From: Escherichia phage vB_ EcoD_Phleasolo
Length of the DNA stretch: 48,301 bases
Reading direction: 5' to 3' (one strand)
Sequence record: OL539447.1
In this document: piece by piece, positions 46,527-48,301 of the stretch
Numbering within the stretch: position 1 is the stretch's first letter
Layout of the letters: each line of letters starts with the position of its first letter
Notes under the pieces: model-generated
Told to the model about the DNA's origin: nothing
What the model saw: only the letters and a program-made list of their open reading frames with translations
Databases searched by the model: none
Program-made: the position numbers and the translations under genes

Positions 46527-46739
46527 ATGAAAATTAAAATTATCGATGTTGATTATGTTACTGATGACGAGTCTATCACGCTTCGCGAATGCGGCTTCGA
46601 GATTGGCGATGTTGTAGAGGTGTCTGGTAAGTACAACAACGGAGAGCTTTCAATCCAGGCAATCCGTGAGACTGATTTTGTTAATGTTGGCAATGAGGTT
46701 AGTATAAGCGAATTTGAATATGAGGTAGTGGAAGAATGA
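46527..46739 (+). CDS. small highly acidic protein (paralog of 41850-42107)
   Basis: 70 aa, 17 Asp/Glu versus 5 Lys/Arg; similar N-terminus MKIKIIDVDY... to the other copy. Confidence 0.4.
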   Translation: MKIKIIDVDYVTDDESITLRECGFEIGDVVEVSGKYNNGELSIQAIRETDFVNVGNEVSISEFEYEVVEE

Positions 46740-46985
46740 AACCCTCTGAGTGGTGCAAAAAGATGATGGATGAGGCAAAAGACGGCGAGGAGGCGATGAC
46801 ATACTTTGAGTTGATGAATATGTGGCGTGAGCGCGAGGAGAAGAAATCGTGATTTGGATTCACACGTACTATACTGGCAAGTTCAATAGCGTAATGCACA
46901 AGAGGATGTATGACAGCTATGAAGCAGCAAAAGCACAACACGCAGTTCTCGGTGGCGACATTCAATCTTACAAGAAGGCTTAATT

Positions 46986-47225
46986 ATGTTCGGACTTACT
47001 CAACCGCAATTCAATGCAGTGCGCGCCCAGGCTAAGAAGCTAAACGAGGCAGTGGATAAGCTAACAGCCAAGCAGAAGCAGGATAACGATATCATGAAGG
47101 CAGTTATCTGTGAGTTCCATAGCCCGGTCAGTACAATCATCGAGAAGATGCGGTTCGTCTGGGTTGCTGGTTATCTGGCTGGCCGCGTTGGTAAGCGTGA
47201 AGATGGGAGTAATATCTATGATTAA
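46986..47225 (+). CDS. hypothetical protein
   Basis: 79-aa ORF. Confidence 0.4.
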   Translation: MFGLTQPQFNAVRAQAKKLNEAVDKLTAKQKQDNDIMKAVICEFHSPVSTIIEKMRFVWVAGYLAGRVGKREDGSNIYD

Positions 47226-47418
47226 TCCATTCAAGAGTTTCGCTGTTTCTATGGGATGGACTTGCAGGAAGCATGTATTCGTACTCTTTAGGCATATCAA
47301 GTGGTATGAGATTGAGTACTACCGCAAAGGATATAGAAGTAAGCTGGTATGTCGCAATTGCAATAAAATGATTTACTCTAAGATTGATTTTAATGATAAA
47401 TTTGGATTGCCACTATGA
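47218..47418 (+). CDS. hypothetical Cys-containing protein
   Basis: 66 aa from ATG 47218 (track ORF 47110 opens with GTG inside the upstream gene); contains CxxC. Confidence 0.35.
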   Translation: MINPFKSFAVSMGWTCRKHVFVLFRHIKWYEIEYYRKGYRSKLVCRNCNKMIYSKIDFNDKFGLPL

Positions 47419-47675
47419 CTGAACTATCAATATGGTTCCTGGCTGGCATGCTGACTTGGATTTATTTCGTGGTCATGGCTTGACTCAAATGTTTAATATG
47501 GTTAGTATTAAACACGTAGACGGCAATGACCGTAACGCGCATCGCGGAGATGAAAGCCGATAGCCGGGCTGGATAAAGATACGAGGCAACTACCGCATCG
47601 CCAAAAGCAAAGTGTAAGTCGGACTTGCGGAGCATTGTGAAAGCTCGCCGGATTCCGTAACCGGCACCTATTCAA

Positions 47676-47751
47676 GTTCTGTTAGTGTAAGTGGACAGCA
47701 CGAAGACCTCCTAAGTCTTAGGTACTGGTTCAAGTCCAGTGCGGAACGCCA
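47676..47751 (+). tRNA. tRNA-Arg (anticodon CCT)
   Basis: Hand-folded cloverleaf: acceptor GTTCTGT/GCGGAAC (two G-U pairs), D stem GTGT/GCAC with GG loop, anticodon stem AAGAC/GTCTT with loop CT-CCT-AA, T arm ACTGG-TTCAAGT-CCAGT, encoded CCA. Confidence 0.7.
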
Positions 47752-47756
47752 AATAT

Positions 47757-47858
47757 GCTCACGTTGCTAATGTTGGCCTAAGGGTGGAGCTTATACCTCC
47801 ATAAAGCAATCACCAGATAAGTGATGTAACGCAGGTTCGATTCCTGCCGTGAGCACCA
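47757..47858 (+). tRNA. tRNA-like element, non-canonical length (identity unresolved)
   Basis: Canonical T arm GCAGG-TTCGATT-CCTGC, 3' CGTGAGC-A-CCA and a perfect complementary GCTCACG 102 nt upstream; two internal 5-bp hairpins; no clean D arm. Confidence 0.3.
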
Positions 47859-47874
47859 ATCATGGAGCATCCTA

Positions 47875-48060
47875 GTGAATAACTACGAAGTCCGTTTAAC
47901 TTCCCGCCTAATGGGCAGGCAATGCAAATCTTGCCAGCAATCCTACGAAGGTAGGTTCCCTGCTAACAGCCCTGAAGAAGCAGTTGCAGCCGCAAAGGCA
48001 GCATTTAAGATTGACCTGACGGTTCACAAAGTCAGCGTTGATAAAGTATCCCTCGTTTGA
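47875..48060 (+). CDS. hypothetical protein
   Basis: 61-aa ORF with GGAG RBS; contains CxxC; followed by a terminator. Confidence 0.4.
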   Translation: MNNYEVRLTSRLMGRQCKSCQQSYEGRFPANSPEEAVAAAKAAFKIDLTVHKVSVDKVSLV

Positions 48061-48088
48061 GATTGGTAATCTCGCAATGTAGTGTTTC

Positions 48089-48112
48089 GCCCTCCTCGTG
48101 AGGGCTTTTTTT
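48089..48112 (+). terminator. rho-independent terminator
   Basis: GCCCTC-CTCGT-GAGGGC hairpin plus T7 run. Confidence 0.65.
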
Positions 48113-48301
48113 CGTCTCTACTCATGGTACAATGACTTTTAAAACAGGAGGAATGACAATGACAGGCTATCAACCAAAACCACACGATGGCGAAATAAAA
48201 CCACCGCCAAGGAGACCTTGATGATTGAGTCTATAGCATCAATATTTGGGGTTATTGTCGGATTTACTATAATTTACAACATCTGGAAGATTAGGAGTTA
48301 A

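Noticed and set aside
47757-47858. Possibility that the tRNA-like element is an amber suppressor explaining the TAG in the collagen gene
   Set aside because: Neither 7-nt hairpin loop in the element (CTTATAC, CAGATAA) has CTA at the anticodon position, and tRNA-Arg reads AGG; no suppressor is evident.
1-48301. Temperate lifestyle, attP or CRISPR array
   Set aside because: No integrase, repressor or excisionase-like ORFs and no regularly spaced direct-repeat array were found; the tRNA-like sequences sit in an ordinary intergenic region without a recombinase.

Overview
The window looks like a complete or near-complete genome of a virulent T1-like (Drexlerviridae-style) siphovirus, about 48.3 kb; the family assignment is an inference from gene order and content, not a database hit. 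From left to right: a rightward structural module (terminase small and large subunits, portal, scaffold-like protein, an SGNH-hydrolase and collagen-like cassette, major capsid, neck proteins, major tail protein, frameshift-type chaperones, tape measure, lambda-like M/L/K/I/J tail tip); a leftward Cor-like lipoprotein operon; a rightward early recombination module (Rha-like regulator, PD-(D/E)XK exonuclease, HNH-AP2 homing endonuclease, Erf, SSB); a leftward tail fibre, primase and HTH protein; a rightward helicase, VRR-NUC, metallophosphatase and lysis cassette (holin, lysozyme, unimolecular spanin); a leftward block with a 527-aa P-loop protein; and a rightward terminal block with small genes, a membrane-protein/enzyme pair and a tRNA region. 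No integrase, repressor or CRISPR array was seen. The most notable signals are: (1) a translationally coupled membrane protein plus an enzyme with a TGT-like motif, which I hypothesise is a 7-deazaguanine DNA-modification module; (2) a collagen-like gene broken by one in-frame TAG that keeps Gly-X-Y register; (3) about 16 copies of a TAGCA-N5-TGCTA palindrome at gene 3' ends, about 22 nt upstream of TATAGT-like -10 hexamers; (4) an iteron-like array and two paralogous AT-rich control regions; (5) an inverted, internally deleted copy of the P-loop gene; (6) a canonical tRNA-Arg(CCT) beside a non-canonical tRNA-like element. All functional calls rest on motifs read by eye and on synteny; no searches were run.
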